Made by a program: the position numbers and the translations under genes. From Polyangiaceae bacterium (GTDB taxonomy: Bacteria; Myxococcota_A; Polyangia; Polyangiales; Polyangiaceae), in NCBI GenBank assembly GCA_044358965.1, contig JBIKNA010000022.1, forward strand, positions 1 to 34,028: DNA of 34,028 bases, given 5' to 3'. Shown here piece after piece: positions 16,201 to 25,391 of this stretch (its first letter is position 1; every line of letters begins with the position of its first letter). The notes beneath the pieces were generated by a model. It had not been told where the DNA came from. It ran no database searches and saw only the letters and a program-made list of their open reading frames with translations.

Positions 16201-18975
16201 CTACGGCTTCTTTCGCGTCTTGCCGAGGCCCGCAGCCTCGGTGGCGCGGGATACGTCGGTGTTGGCCATACCGCTTTGCGACAGCGCTCGCGCGAGGTCT
16301 CCCGCGCGCTTGTCTTTGATGGCCAGTAGCGCGCTGGCGGCAGCAGATCGGTGCAAGAGGGAGCTTGTGGCCGTGGGCAAGGGCTCTTGGGCCAGCTTGC
16401 TGCGAGCTTCGGCCTCGCGACCGCTGCGCACGAGGGCCAGGGCAAGCAAGAAGCGTCCGGCGGGTCCGGCGCGCTGCGGGCGCTCGGATAGGCGCGCGAT
16501 GACCTCGTCGGGTTTGCCCTGCTGCAAGGAGAGCAGCGCCCGTTCGGCAACGACACGTTCGGTGCTGATCTGCGCAGCCTCGAGCTCACCGAGCAACGCC
16601 GCCGCATCGACCAGGCGGCCTTGGTAGCGGGCCAGCCGGGCCAGCCGCAGTTTGCGCAGCGGTCGCGCAGGCTCTTGGGTCCACTGCCGCGCAAGCTCCG
16701 TGGCGGCGTCGAGCTCCCCGCTGTCGAGCAGCGAGTCCATCCGCACCAGATCTGTCCATGGTCCGGTGATGAGCCGCAACTGAAGCGCGCGCTCGGGGCC
16801 AAGGACCTTGCCCGTCAGCACCTCGTTGGACAGCACGACGCCCAGGAACAGGGGCGCGTTGCGTGCGCCCTCGGGCAGCGCCGCAGCGCTCTTGGCCGTG
16901 GCAGCGGGGTCCATCCGTTCGTAGCCAAGCGCGACGCGCGTAATGGTTGCGTCGAGAATGGTGCCATCGGTGAGTGTGGCCACGGCAAGCTCTGCGTCCG
17001 CCAGGCGTCCGTCTTGAAGCGCCACCCGGGCTGCCAGCAGTCGGCCCGGCGTGTAGACCGGTGAGAGTGACAGCGCCCGCTGGCTGGCTTCGCTGCCCAA
17101 TGCGTCGTCGCCGGCATCGAGGGCCAACATGCCGATCCACGTGGCCATTTGTGCCGATTCGGCCACGGCGAGGCCCTTCTTGAGCGCGGCGCGAGCTGCA
17201 AGTCCGTCCCGCGCATCGAGCGCACGTGCAGCGAACAGGCCGTGGGGGATCGCCCGCAAGGCCGCGGGCAGGGCGCCCAGTTGCTCCGCAGCCTCGGCCT
17301 CTTTGGGGGCTTCGCCGCGGGCCGGGTCTTTGGCCCAAGCAAAGGCCAGGAGCGCGACCCCCTCGGTGCGCTCGGGGGCGCGTTGCCGTAGGTTGCGCGC
17401 AAGCTCCATGGCTTTCTTGGGGTCTCCGTCTTGCGCGAGGCACCGCAAGAGCCCGGTCTCCGCGGCCATCAACTCCGGAGACAGTCGCATGGCGGCGGCG
17501 TAGCGCTCTTGCGCACGCGCGTCGCCGGCGCGTTCGAGCACGGCGCCGGCGACCAGCTGGAAGTAGGCGTCCTGGCCTGCGCTGGCATCCCACTGGGCGA
17601 CGGCGTCGAGGGCGCCGGCGAGATCTTCGCTGAAGAGGTAGCTCGCCGTCAGCGCAAAGGCGGTGTCCTTGGCGGGCATGCCGAGCTCTCGGGCCCGTCG
17701 GATGCCCGATTCGAGGCTCGCGTCGGACGTCCCGAGCAACAGCCCCTTCAGCACCCGGGCGCGCATCCAGCTTTGCGCGGCGTGCACCGACGCGGGCTCC
17801 GCGGCGATGGCGCGGCGCAAGTCTCGCTCGACGTCGGCCATGGCCTGAGGCTCGGCGGCGGCGAGCTTAGCGTCGACGGTGGCCAATGTTTGTTCGGCCA
17901 CACCGTGGGCCTTGTGCCTCTGATCGCGCAGGTAGGCGAAGCCGCCCGCGGCGGCGCCGGCGAACAAAACGGAGATGACGCTCGCGGCGATGACGCGACC
18001 GCGTTGCCGGGGCTTGGGCGCCGGGGTCCAGGCGTAGTCTTCTTTTGCGTTGGGCTCGAACAAGCCCGATGTTTCCAGCGAACGAAGGAGCGCATCGGGC
18101 GACAACGGCTTTTCGGGCTCCGTGACGACGATGCTGGGCGGATCGAAGGGCCCGCTGGGAACGGGGGCTGCCGTTGGCAGGGGAGGCGGGGGCCGCGAAC
18201 GGGGCAAGGGCGGGGGCGGACGCGACGTGGGCTTGATGCTGCGGGCCTCGGCCGTTGGGGCCGCCGAACGAACCTTGGCGGACGAAGGCGTGTAGTCGCG
18301 ATCGAGGCCTGCCCCGGCGAGCGAAAAGGATGGGTCTCGACTGGCGGCGCGGGCCAGGGTCTCGAGGCTCTCGTCGTGGCTGAACTGCGCGCCCGGCAGG
18401 GCAGTGCGCGCCAGGGTGATGGCGTCGTCCACCTCTTTGCGACTCTTGATTTCGGTGTCGACGTCCGACAGCGACAACTGCCGCGCTCGGATGCGTACCC
18501 GGGGCCCGAAGCGCACGGTGAAGGCGGCGTCGAACTGCGCAGCCACACCCTCGGGGCCGACGGTTCGAAACAGCGGGCCGAGGGCTCGGGCGCGCTCGTG
18601 CAGAAATGTGGTCTCCTCGTCCCGACCGCCAAAGGCCACAGCGCGTTCCAGCACCTTCTCGGCGCGGTCGGCGTCGCCACGACGCAGCAGCACCTCGCCC
18701 AGCCATCGGTACACCACGGCGTCTCGGGGGGCCACGCGCCCCGCCGCCACGAACGCAGCCTGCGCGTCGTCGATGCGTCCGGCCTCGAGGTACATGCGCC
18801 CGGCGGCGATGAGCGCCGGTGCGCTCTGCGTGTGCCGCTGCAAGACGAAGTTCCCGACCTCGTTCATGAGATCGTCGCGATCGACGCCGCGAAGTGCGTT
18901 GCAGAGGGCGAGCGAAGTTGCAGCGTCGGGGGTGCGCTGCCACTCTTCGAAGAGTCGCTCGATGGAATCACTCAT
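16201..18975 (-). CDS. large TPR-repeat membrane protein (cytoplasmic N-domain, single TM, Pro-rich linker, about 560-aa TPR-like C-domain)
   Basis: 924 aa with an ATG start. The TM segment is RVIAASVISVLFAGAAAGGFAYL, and Ala/Leu-rich TPR-like helical repeats run throughout. Convergent with pilT; the stop codons are 15 nt apart and lie within a small inverted repeat gtagcg...cgctac. Confidence 0.7.
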   Translation of the reverse strand: MSDSIERLFEEWQRTPDAATSLALCNALRGVDRDDLMNEVGNFVLQRHTQSAPALIAAGRMYLEAGRIDDAQAAFVAAGRVAPRDAVVYRWLGEVLLRRGDADRAEKVLERAVAFGGRDEETTFLHERARALGPLFRTVGPEGVAAQFDAAFTVRFGPRVRIRARQLSLSDVDTEIKSRKEVDDAITLARTALPGAQFSHDESLETLARAASRDPSFSLAGAGLDRDYTPSSAKVRSAAPTAEARSIKPTSRPPPPLPRSRPPPPLPTAAPVPSGPFDPPSIVVTEPEKPLSPDALLRSLETSGLFEPNAKEDYAWTPAPKPRQRGRVIAASVISVLFAGAAAGGFAYLRDQRHKAHGVAEQTLATVDAKLAAAEPQAMADVERDLRRAIAAEPASVHAAQSWMRARVLKGLLLGTSDASLESGIRRARELGMPAKDTAFALTASYLFSEDLAGALDAVAQWDASAGQDAYFQLVAGAVLERAGDARAQERYAAAMRLSPELMAAETGLLRCLAQDGDPKKAMELARNLRQRAPERTEGVALLAFAWAKDPARGEAPKEAEAAEQLGALPAALRAIPHGLFAARALDARDGLAARAALKKGLAVAESAQMATWIGMLALDAGDDALGSEASQRALSLSPVYTPGRLLAARVALQDGRLADAELAVATLTDGTILDATITRVALGYERMDPAATAKSAAALPEGARNAPLFLGVVLSNEVLTGKVLGPERALQLRLITGPWTDLVRMDSLLDSGELDAATELARQWTQEPARPLRKLRLARLARYQGRLVDAAALLGELEAAQISTERVVAERALLSLQQGKPDEVIARLSERPQRAGPAGRFLLALALVRSGREAEARSKLAQEPLPTATSSLLHRSAAASALLAIKDKRAGDLARALSQSGMANTDVSRATEAAGLGKTRKKP

Positions 18976-19144
18976 CTAGAAAAACGGGCCTACTCTATCG
19001 CGAAAAGGCGGCAAGTTCCCCACCATTTCGGCAGCTTCGGAAAGCCCTGCCCGCGGAGCGCCGCGCGGCCGCGGTTTCCCCCGCACGGGCTCGCACAAAG
19101 GCACGTATGCTGAAGCCCACGAACGCCAGCGAGGGGCGCGATCC

Positions 19145-20638
19145 ATGACAGAGATGGAAACGTTTGAGCACGCGACAGGCTTCGAGAAGGGCGAGACCAC
19201 GGGCAACGTTGTGCTCGGGCGCCTGGAAGCCATGTACGAGGAGGTCTACGCCGAGGTCATCGAGGACGGCGTCATCACCGCAGAGGAGCGACAGCGCCTC
19301 GACAAGACCGCCGACAACCTTGGCCTCGACAAGTCGCGGCTGCGACGGCTCGAGCAGGCGCTTCAAGCGGCCTACGAAGCGCGGCACCGCGTGGTCATCA
19401 AGGACCTATCGTCCGATGACCTGCCACCGCCAGCCTCCCTGGTTCCGCTCGCGCCCACCAATGACCCGCGCACCCTCGCCCTCGAGCGACGCGTAAAGGT
19501 GCTCGAGGCACGGCTCCGCGATCTCGAAAAAGAGCTCGAAGAGGCCCGCGCCATGGTGAGCGTCGAGGTGGATTTCTCGGACGTCGGGGCCACGTCGGCG
19601 CAGGTGCCCGAAGACGACCCCGTGGAACTCGCGCGGCGCGTTCGGCACGATCCTCGCGACGAGGCGAGCCTGCATGCGCTCTTTCGGTTGCACCGGCGCA
19701 CGGGCGACGCAGATCGGGCGTACTGCGCCGCGCAGGTGCTCGAGTTCGTGGGGGCGGCCAACGCCGAGGAGAAGGGCTTCTATGCCGAGCGCACAGAAGT
19801 TGGGCTCATCAAGCCCCAAGCCTCCATCACCCAAGATGCATGGAAGCGGCTTCTGTTTCACCCCGAAGAAGAAACCCTCGTGGGCGAAATCTTCTCGGTA
19901 GTGGTCTCGGCGGTGCTCATTGGGCGCCTGTCGGCGCTGCGTCGAGACAAAGCCCTGCCCAAGCTCGACCCCGCCCAGAAACAAGATCCGGTCAGCTCGA
20001 CGCTTCAGTCTGTTCGCTGTTTTGCCTGGGCCGCGCAGCTCTTGGGCATGCACGCGCCGCCGCTCTACGTCGACCCGGAGTTCGCCGGTGTTGCGGAGAT
20101 GGTGCCGGCGGTCCCGCCGGCCACACGCCTCGGACAAAAGGCCCTGTCGGGCCGCAATGCCAAGGAACTCGCCTTCATGGCGGGGTGGCACCTGACGCAC
20201 TTTCGCGAGGAGCACTTCGTCAAGCTCGTTGTCCCGTCGGCCAAGGGGCTCGAAGAGGTGTTCTTGGCGGCGCTGTCCATTGGCAACCCCGGGCTGCCGC
20301 TCGCGCCGCACGTCAAAGAAATGGTGGTGCCGTTGGCCAAGGCCATCGAGCCCATCCTCGAGCCCGTGCAACTCGACCGGCTTCGCGGGCACTTCTTGCG
20401 CTTCGTGGAAGAAGGTGGGCGCACCAACTTGGCCCGCTGGACCCAAGCCGTCGAGGGCACCTGTGCCCGCGCGGGCATGCTGCTGTCGGGCGACTTGCGC
20501 GCCGCCGAGGCTGTGCTCCGCGCGCAGGGCGATGGTGGCGTCGAAGAGCGCATGAACGATCTGTTGGCGTTTGTCGTGTCCGATCGATACACCAAGCTCC
20601 GCCGGCAGATCGGCGTCGCGCATCCCGGCGCGCAATAG
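19145..20638 (+). CDS. hypothetical protein (497 aa) with an N-terminal acidic helical region
   Basis: ATG with GAGGGG 9 nt upstream and consistent GC3 bias. No confident family assignment. The N-terminus (VITAEERQRLDKTADNLGLDKSRLRRLEQAL) weakly recalls TerB/DjlA-N-like helical modules. Confidence 0.55.
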   Translation: MTEMETFEHATGFEKGETTGNVVLGRLEAMYEEVYAEVIEDGVITAEERQRLDKTADNLGLDKSRLRRLEQALQAAYEARHRVVIKDLSSDDLPPPASLVPLAPTNDPRTLALERRVKVLEARLRDLEKELEEARAMVSVEVDFSDVGATSAQVPEDDPVELARRVRHDPRDEASLHALFRLHRRTGDADRAYCAAQVLEFVGAANAEEKGFYAERTEVGLIKPQASITQDAWKRLLFHPEEETLVGEIFSVVVSAVLIGRLSALRRDKALPKLDPAQKQDPVSSTLQSVRCFAWAAQLLGMHAPPLYVDPEFAGVAEMVPAVPPATRLGQKALSGRNAKELAFMAGWHLTHFREEHFVKLVVPSAKGLEEVFLAALSIGNPGLPLAPHVKEMVVPLAKAIEPILEPVQLDRLRGHFLRFVEEGGRTNLARWTQAVEGTCARAGMLLSGDLRAAEAVLRAQGDGGVEERMNDLLAFVVSDRYTKLRRQIGVAHPGAQ

Positions 20639-20659
20639 CGTCCCGCGCAAAGAACCCCA

Positions 20660-20697
20660 AACGCCGCGCCCTCTCTTCGCAGAGGGACGCGGCGTTC
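20660..20697. terminator. bidirectional intrinsic terminator hairpin between convergent genes
   Basis: aaacgccgcgccctct-cttcgc-agagggacgcggcgtt forms a stem of about 15 bp with one bulge. An A-run (ccccaaa) lies upstream, which reads as TTTGGGG on the other strand. It sits between the 19145..20638 (+) and 20720..22732 (-) genes. Confidence 0.55.
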
Positions 20698-20719
20698 GCG
20701 TCAGCGGCTCAAGCCCCGT

Positions 20720-22732
20720 TCAGGCCTTGGGTTGCTCCGCCGGTGCCTTGCCGTTGGTTTTGCTGTGCCCAAGGTCGTTCAGCAGTTCGCCACGAACGCG
20801 GTCTCGTAGCGCCAGCAGCTCTTTGGGGGCGGCGCCGGGCGCAGCGTCCGACTTTTCGCTGCTGTTGGCATCGGGGTTCATGAGCATGGCCAGCAAGGCC
20901 TCGAGCATGTTGCCGGTGCCACCGTCTTTGCCGCCGCCCACCATGACCCGCGGCACGATGTCGACCTTGGCCTGGGCAATGGCCGCGGACAGCTTGCCCA
21001 TGACCTCTTGGGTGACCTGGAAGCGAGGTCCACCGTAGGCGCGTACTTGCTCTTCGGTCGCGATGGCCTGGGCCATGCCCACGCGCGCAATGCGTTCGGC
21101 GTCGGCCTCGGCCAGCGTCCGAATGCAGTCGGCGTCCTCCCGCGAGCGTTGGTACGCTGCGCGGCCCTGGTTGGCCTGAACGTGGATCTCGAGCTCACTG
21201 GCCGTGAGCTTGCCCTGGTGCTCGGCCCGGGCCTGGGCCTCGCGCAAGGAGCGCTCTTTGCCCGAGGCCTTCTCCTGTTGGGCGTAGGTGAGGATTTGCT
21301 CCTCGGCAATTTGCCGCGAGCGCAGCTGCTCGAGGATGTGCTCGATGCCAGCATCACCGGTGGCAGACGTCGGGGTGCCGATGAGCACCTCTTCGAGCTC
21401 GAGGTTGTACCGGGAGAAGCGCGCTTTCATCTCTTCGCCAGCGATGCCTTGGATGAGGCTGCGCTCCTGGAGAAGTTGGATCACAGTGCGCGTCTGTCCG
21501 ATGTTCTTGAAGTATGCGGCGACCATCGGGTCGAGCGTTTGCTCCACCAGGCGCTTGACGTCGCCAAAGCGCTGCACCACCAGCGGTGCTTTGCGGTAGT
21601 CGATGTGGACCACGACGGAGAGCGGGAGCCGCGGCTCAAATGCATCTTTCGTGATGAGCGATACCTCGCTCAGGTTCTCGTCGAAGCGGTGTTGTCCCAC
21701 CTCCGTGCGGCTCCACTTCAGGATGAAGTTGGTGGTCGGCACCATGATGACCTTGCCTGCGTAGGTGTTGAATGCGTACTTGCCGGGCAGCAGCGGCTCG
21801 CTCCAGACGCCGCGTTCGCCGCGCTTGACCAGTTCGCCGTGTTTGTACTCCTGGCCCGACAGATCACTGCCCGTGGCGCCGGTGTACGAGACCACCACGC
21901 CCACGGTGCCGACTTCGACCACCGTCTTGGGGATGAGCTCGACGGTAGCGAAGAGACAGTTGATGAAGTACGTGCCTTCGGACAGAACGTGAAGCTGCCG
22001 GCCCCTGCGGCCGCCCGCCGCCAAGAAGGCCTCGGGGTCTTGGAAGCTGTTGTGGTAGGCCGGTAGCTCGGCTTGGTCGCCAACGATGGGCGCGATCAGC
22101 TGCCCCTGCTCTAGCGTCGGGCCATCGTGCACGGTGACCACGCCGATGACGTCGTCGGAACCCTTGATGACGAGCGGGGTGTAGCCTCCACGCTCCAGCA
22201 CCTGCTGGGTCATCCGCTGAAACAATGCCTCTTCGTCACGCGTCAGCGGTAGCGAGTAGACCTTGGACTCGGTCATGACGCAGAACTGTGCCAGGTTGAT
22301 GGCGTAGGTGCCCTCGCGGAGCACCGCGCGTTGCGGGCCCTTCTGGCCGCCGCTGCGCAAGAAGCCCTCGGCGTCTTGGAACTCTTTGGCCACGCGGTTG
22401 TCGCCGAGGGTCTGCATCGGTCCCAGTGCGCGTCCGTCGCGGGCGAACACGTAACCAATGCGGCCCTGGGGCACGGTTACCAGCGGCACTTTGTGCACGC
22501 GGTACTGCAGGGGCACGAAGAAGTGCACACCACCGCGGAGGACCTTGGGCTGGTAGCCCGCCTCGCCAGACAGAGCAATGAGCCCCGAGCGAAGGCTGCC
22601 GCCCAGACTGAAACGTTTCTCGACGATGCCTACCTTGTTGTTGGGGATGAAGTGAACGGACGACAGAACCACAAACGCGAGCGCGAGCAGAACCAACCCA
22701 CCAACCAGGGTGGGCAGACCTACAGCGAACAT
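20720..22732 (-). CDS. flotillin-like SPFH/band-7 family protein (YqiK-like)
   Basis: 670 aa. An N-terminal TM (LVGGLVLLALAFVVLSSV) is followed by SPFH-like repeats and a long coiled-coil region rich in E/A/Q/R (EEQILTYAQQEKASGKERSLREAQARAEHQGKL...), the typical YqiK/flotillin architecture. Confidence 0.8.
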   Translation of the reverse strand: MFAVGLPTLVGGLVLLALAFVVLSSVHFIPNNKVGIVEKRFSLGGSLRSGLIALSGEAGYQPKVLRGGVHFFVPLQYRVHKVPLVTVPQGRIGYVFARDGRALGPMQTLGDNRVAKEFQDAEGFLRSGGQKGPQRAVLREGTYAINLAQFCVMTESKVYSLPLTRDEEALFQRMTQQVLERGGYTPLVIKGSDDVIGVVTVHDGPTLEQGQLIAPIVGDQAELPAYHNSFQDPEAFLAAGGRRGRQLHVLSEGTYFINCLFATVELIPKTVVEVGTVGVVVSYTGATGSDLSGQEYKHGELVKRGERGVWSEPLLPGKYAFNTYAGKVIMVPTTNFILKWSRTEVGQHRFDENLSEVSLITKDAFEPRLPLSVVVHIDYRKAPLVVQRFGDVKRLVEQTLDPMVAAYFKNIGQTRTVIQLLQERSLIQGIAGEEMKARFSRYNLELEEVLIGTPTSATGDAGIEHILEQLRSRQIAEEQILTYAQQEKASGKERSLREAQARAEHQGKLTASELEIHVQANQGRAAYQRSREDADCIRTLAEADAERIARVGMAQAIATEEQVRAYGGPRFQVTQEVMGKLSAAIAQAKVDIVPRVMVGGGKDGGTGNMLEALLAMLMNPDANSSEKSDAAPGAAPKELLALRDRVRGELLNDLGHSKTNGKAPAEQPKA

Positions 22733-23005
22733 GACGGGTGCTTCTTTCTTGAGCGAGGGGAAAGGTGCTCACGCACACGTGGGCCCGGCGTCAGCTTTTG
22801 TGCCTAGGCACCAAAGTCCGTGGACGCCGGGAACGCGTGAGTACGGGCCCTCGTGCGAAGAAGTGTGCGCACGACCCGAGGGCCGACAAGGCCAAATCGG
22901 AACAATCGAACTCGGCACGCTCGTTGCTGCGGGAGCACGGGCGACACCCCCAAGAACCGCGCCAGCCAGCGGGCTGTGCGTCGCCGCGTTGCGGCAAAGC
23001 TCGCG

Positions 23006-24490
23006 CTACTTTTCGCAGGGCACCGGCATCCAGATCTCGGGCGCTGGCGGCGAGCCGCGGCCCAAGAACTCGGCCACCACCCGACAGTCCAGCGTGGGGC
23101 CATCGTCGAAGTTGAAGGGGGCTTGGGCGCAGCGCGCCACCTTGCCCTGGAACTCGGGCTCGAAGCGCGCTTGCGCCGCCGCGAGCAGCACCGGCCGGAG
23201 CTGGCCTTCGATGGCCTCGCGGCTCGGGGCCCGCAACGGATCTGCGGGTACGCCGGCCACGGGCACCGCGGGGTGCTCGGAGTCGCGGAACACGATATTG
23301 CCTTGGCGCGACCCTTGCGCACTTTCGTACGTCCACCGGGTGCTCCACGTGTGGTGGCGCACGGTATAGGCAACCTCTTTGATGATTTCCCGCTCGATGG
23401 TGGACGGCGTGTTCTGGAGCCGGCTCTGGGCGTTCTGATACGCCTGCTGCCGCCGCGTGTGCTCCCCAACGGTGGCATCACGTTGCGCACAAGCCGAGCG
23501 TTTGGTGGCAACCGGTGCAGCCGCGCACTGGGCCTCGTTCTGTCGTTGCTCGCGATCGATCTGCTCGAAGGACGACCGTGTGCGCACGAGTTCGCGCTCC
23601 GCCGGGGCGTAGTCCGGGTTTGGCACGCGCTCGGTGCCTGCGACGTAACGGGCCACGCGTAGCTCTTCGGCCACCGCGTCGGTGGTGGCTCCCAGCGACA
23701 CCGTGACGTCGAAGGAGACAACCTTGTCGGTGCGGATGCCGCACTGCGCCCGTGCGCCCATGGCCTGCGCCACGGCGGCGCACAGGTTGGTGATGTTGGA
23801 AGAGAGCGGCGTCGGGCCGTTGTCGCGCACGTTGACGGCGATGGGGGTGGCCGCAGCGGCGATCAACGTCTCCCGGGCGATGCCATCGGTGTCGGGCCCG
23901 AGGCTCTTCTGAAGACAGGACGCGGTGTGCAACATGGCGTAGGACGCGCCCGGCGGAGCCGACGGAGACGCGTCCACGAAGCGCTTGGCGATGGCGTGCC
24001 GGCTCTCGACATAGGCCGGTATCACGCGCTTGGTGACATCGACGCCGTGCTGCATGCACTTGAGTGCGCCGAGGGCCGCGGTAAACGAGCCCTTGTCTTG
24101 CGCCTTGCAGGCGTCCGCGTGCGTGTCGAGGCCTTGGGTGACCAGCTTGACGCCGTCGGGGTCTGCGGGTTGCACGGCCAACACGTCGCCGATTTGCTGG
24201 TGGCACGCGTCGATGTCCGGCGTCGCGCAAGCTTGGGTGGCAGCGGGCAGCCTCCGTGACTTGAGATCGGCGAAGGTCTGCTTGGCCTGCGCGCAGGTTT
24301 CCTGTTCGCTCGGCTTGAGGGTGCACGCCCGGTGGAAGTTGAGCGCCGCGCGGGCCACGTCACCCGCCTTGAGGGCGGTCTGGGCCTCGTCCAGCGCGAG
24401 ATCGTAGGGTGACTTGGGGCAGCCGGTGAGGGGCAGCGACAGAAGCGCGACGGTAAGAACCCGGGCGCGAACAGAGGCGGAACGAGCCAT
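23006..24490 (-). CDS. Cys-containing lipoprotein of unknown function; possibly the last gene of the Bat operon
   Basis: MARSASVRARVLTVALLSLPLTGC-PKSP has a lipobox LTGC. 494 aa with no domain recognised. Starts 85 bp downstream of the batE stop with no terminator evident in between. Confidence 0.6.
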   Translation of the reverse strand: MARSASVRARVLTVALLSLPLTGCPKSPYDLALDEAQTALKAGDVARAALNFHRACTLKPSEQETCAQAKQTFADLKSRRLPAATQACATPDIDACHQQIGDVLAVQPADPDGVKLVTQGLDTHADACKAQDKGSFTAALGALKCMQHGVDVTKRVIPAYVESRHAIAKRFVDASPSAPPGASYAMLHTASCLQKSLGPDTDGIARETLIAAAATPIAVNVRDNGPTPLSSNITNLCAAVAQAMGARAQCGIRTDKVVSFDVTVSLGATTDAVAEELRVARYVAGTERVPNPDYAPAERELVRTRSSFEQIDREQRQNEAQCAAAPVATKRSACAQRDATVGEHTRRQQAYQNAQSRLQNTPSTIEREIIKEVAYTVRHHTWSTRWTYESAQGSRQGNIVFRDSEHPAVPVAGVPADPLRAPSREAIEGQLRPVLLAAAQARFEPEFQGKVARCAQAPFNFDDGPTLDCRVVAEFLGRGSPPAPEIWMPVPCEK

Positions 24491-24575
24491 GCCGCGAGGT
24501 TACATCAACCGCCGCATCGGAGGGGGCCCACACGAAGCGGGCAGATTGTGTTTGTCGCCTTTTTTTGCGCCGAGG

Positions 24576-25391
24576 CTACTTGCCGATGGGCAAGATGGCG
24601 TCGGCGCTGATCCACGCGGGGCCGGACGCAAGGCGTACCTGCGTCCAGCCGGCGGCAGAGCCTAGAATGTCGAGGCGCGTGCCCTCGGGAACCGGGGGCT
24701 CTGCAGGCAGCGGTACGTGGCGGTCATCGGCGGGGCGTACCTCTTTGGTGATGATGACGCCGCTCGTGAGATCGCGCCGGGCGGAGCGATCGACAAAGAG
24801 GAAGAGCCCCCCGCCGAGCAACATGGCAAGGCAGACCGAGGCTGCGAGGCGGCTTGCCACTCTTGCGTTGCGCGAGGCCGCGCCGACGAACAAGAGAGCC
24901 GCGCAAAGACCGGCGCTGCCAAGCAGGCAAAGCAGAGCCCAGGCGTCTTCGGGGATGGACGAGGCAACGCTGCGCAGGATGGGAGGTGCCGGCTGCATGG
25001 CGGGGCTGGCGCCGCTGCGCCCTCGCTCCCGCGCGATCTCCGAGCGCACCTGGGCCAGCGCCGTCTCGGCATCGTTGCGCAATGTTGCATCGTGCGTGAG
25101 CGAGCGGGCTTCTTCGAAGGCGTGCGCCGCACGTCCGAGATCCCCGGGCTGAGGTTGCGTGCGCGCACGCAGCGCGTAGGCAAGGCCGCGATTGAAGCTC
25201 ATGGCCGCGTCCAAGGTGCCCTCGTCGGCCAGTCCCTCGAACAGTGTGACCGCCCGGGCGCTGTCTTGCTGCTTGAGCGCCGCGACCGCCGCTGCGCGCG
25301 CGTCCTCGTCGGCCCGGGCCGCGCTGGGGACCGCACACAACACGATGCAGAGCGCGGTCATGGCCGCAAGGCGTCGGCGGTCGAGCATCAT
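24576..25391 (-). CDS. batE: BatE-like protein (TPR plus C-terminal SH3b domain)
   Basis: 271 aa with a signal/TM N-terminus, TPR-like helices, an internal TM and a C-terminal SH3-like domain (PEGTRLDILGSAAGWTQVRLASGPAWISADAI). ATG overlaps the batD stop (ATGA). Confidence 0.65.
   Translation of the reverse strand: MMLDRRRLAAMTALCIVLCAVPSAARADEDARAAAVAALKQQDSARAVTLFEGLADEGTLDAAMSFNRGLAYALRARTQPQPGDLGRAAHAFEEARSLTHDATLRNDAETALAQVRSEIARERGRSGASPAMQPAPPILRSVASSIPEDAWALLCLLGSAGLCAALLFVGAASRNARVASRLAASVCLAMLLGGGLFLFVDRSARRDLTSGVIITKEVRPADDRHVPLPAEPPVPEGTRLDILGSAAGWTQVRLASGPAWISADAILPIGK

Noticed and set aside
24540-24575. Terminator between batE and the downstream lipoprotein, suggested by a T7 run (ttttttt)
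   Set aside because: No stable stem precedes or follows the T-run on the relevant (minus) strand, where it reads as an A-run. This is more likely a simple spacer, so the lipoprotein was kept as a possible operon member.
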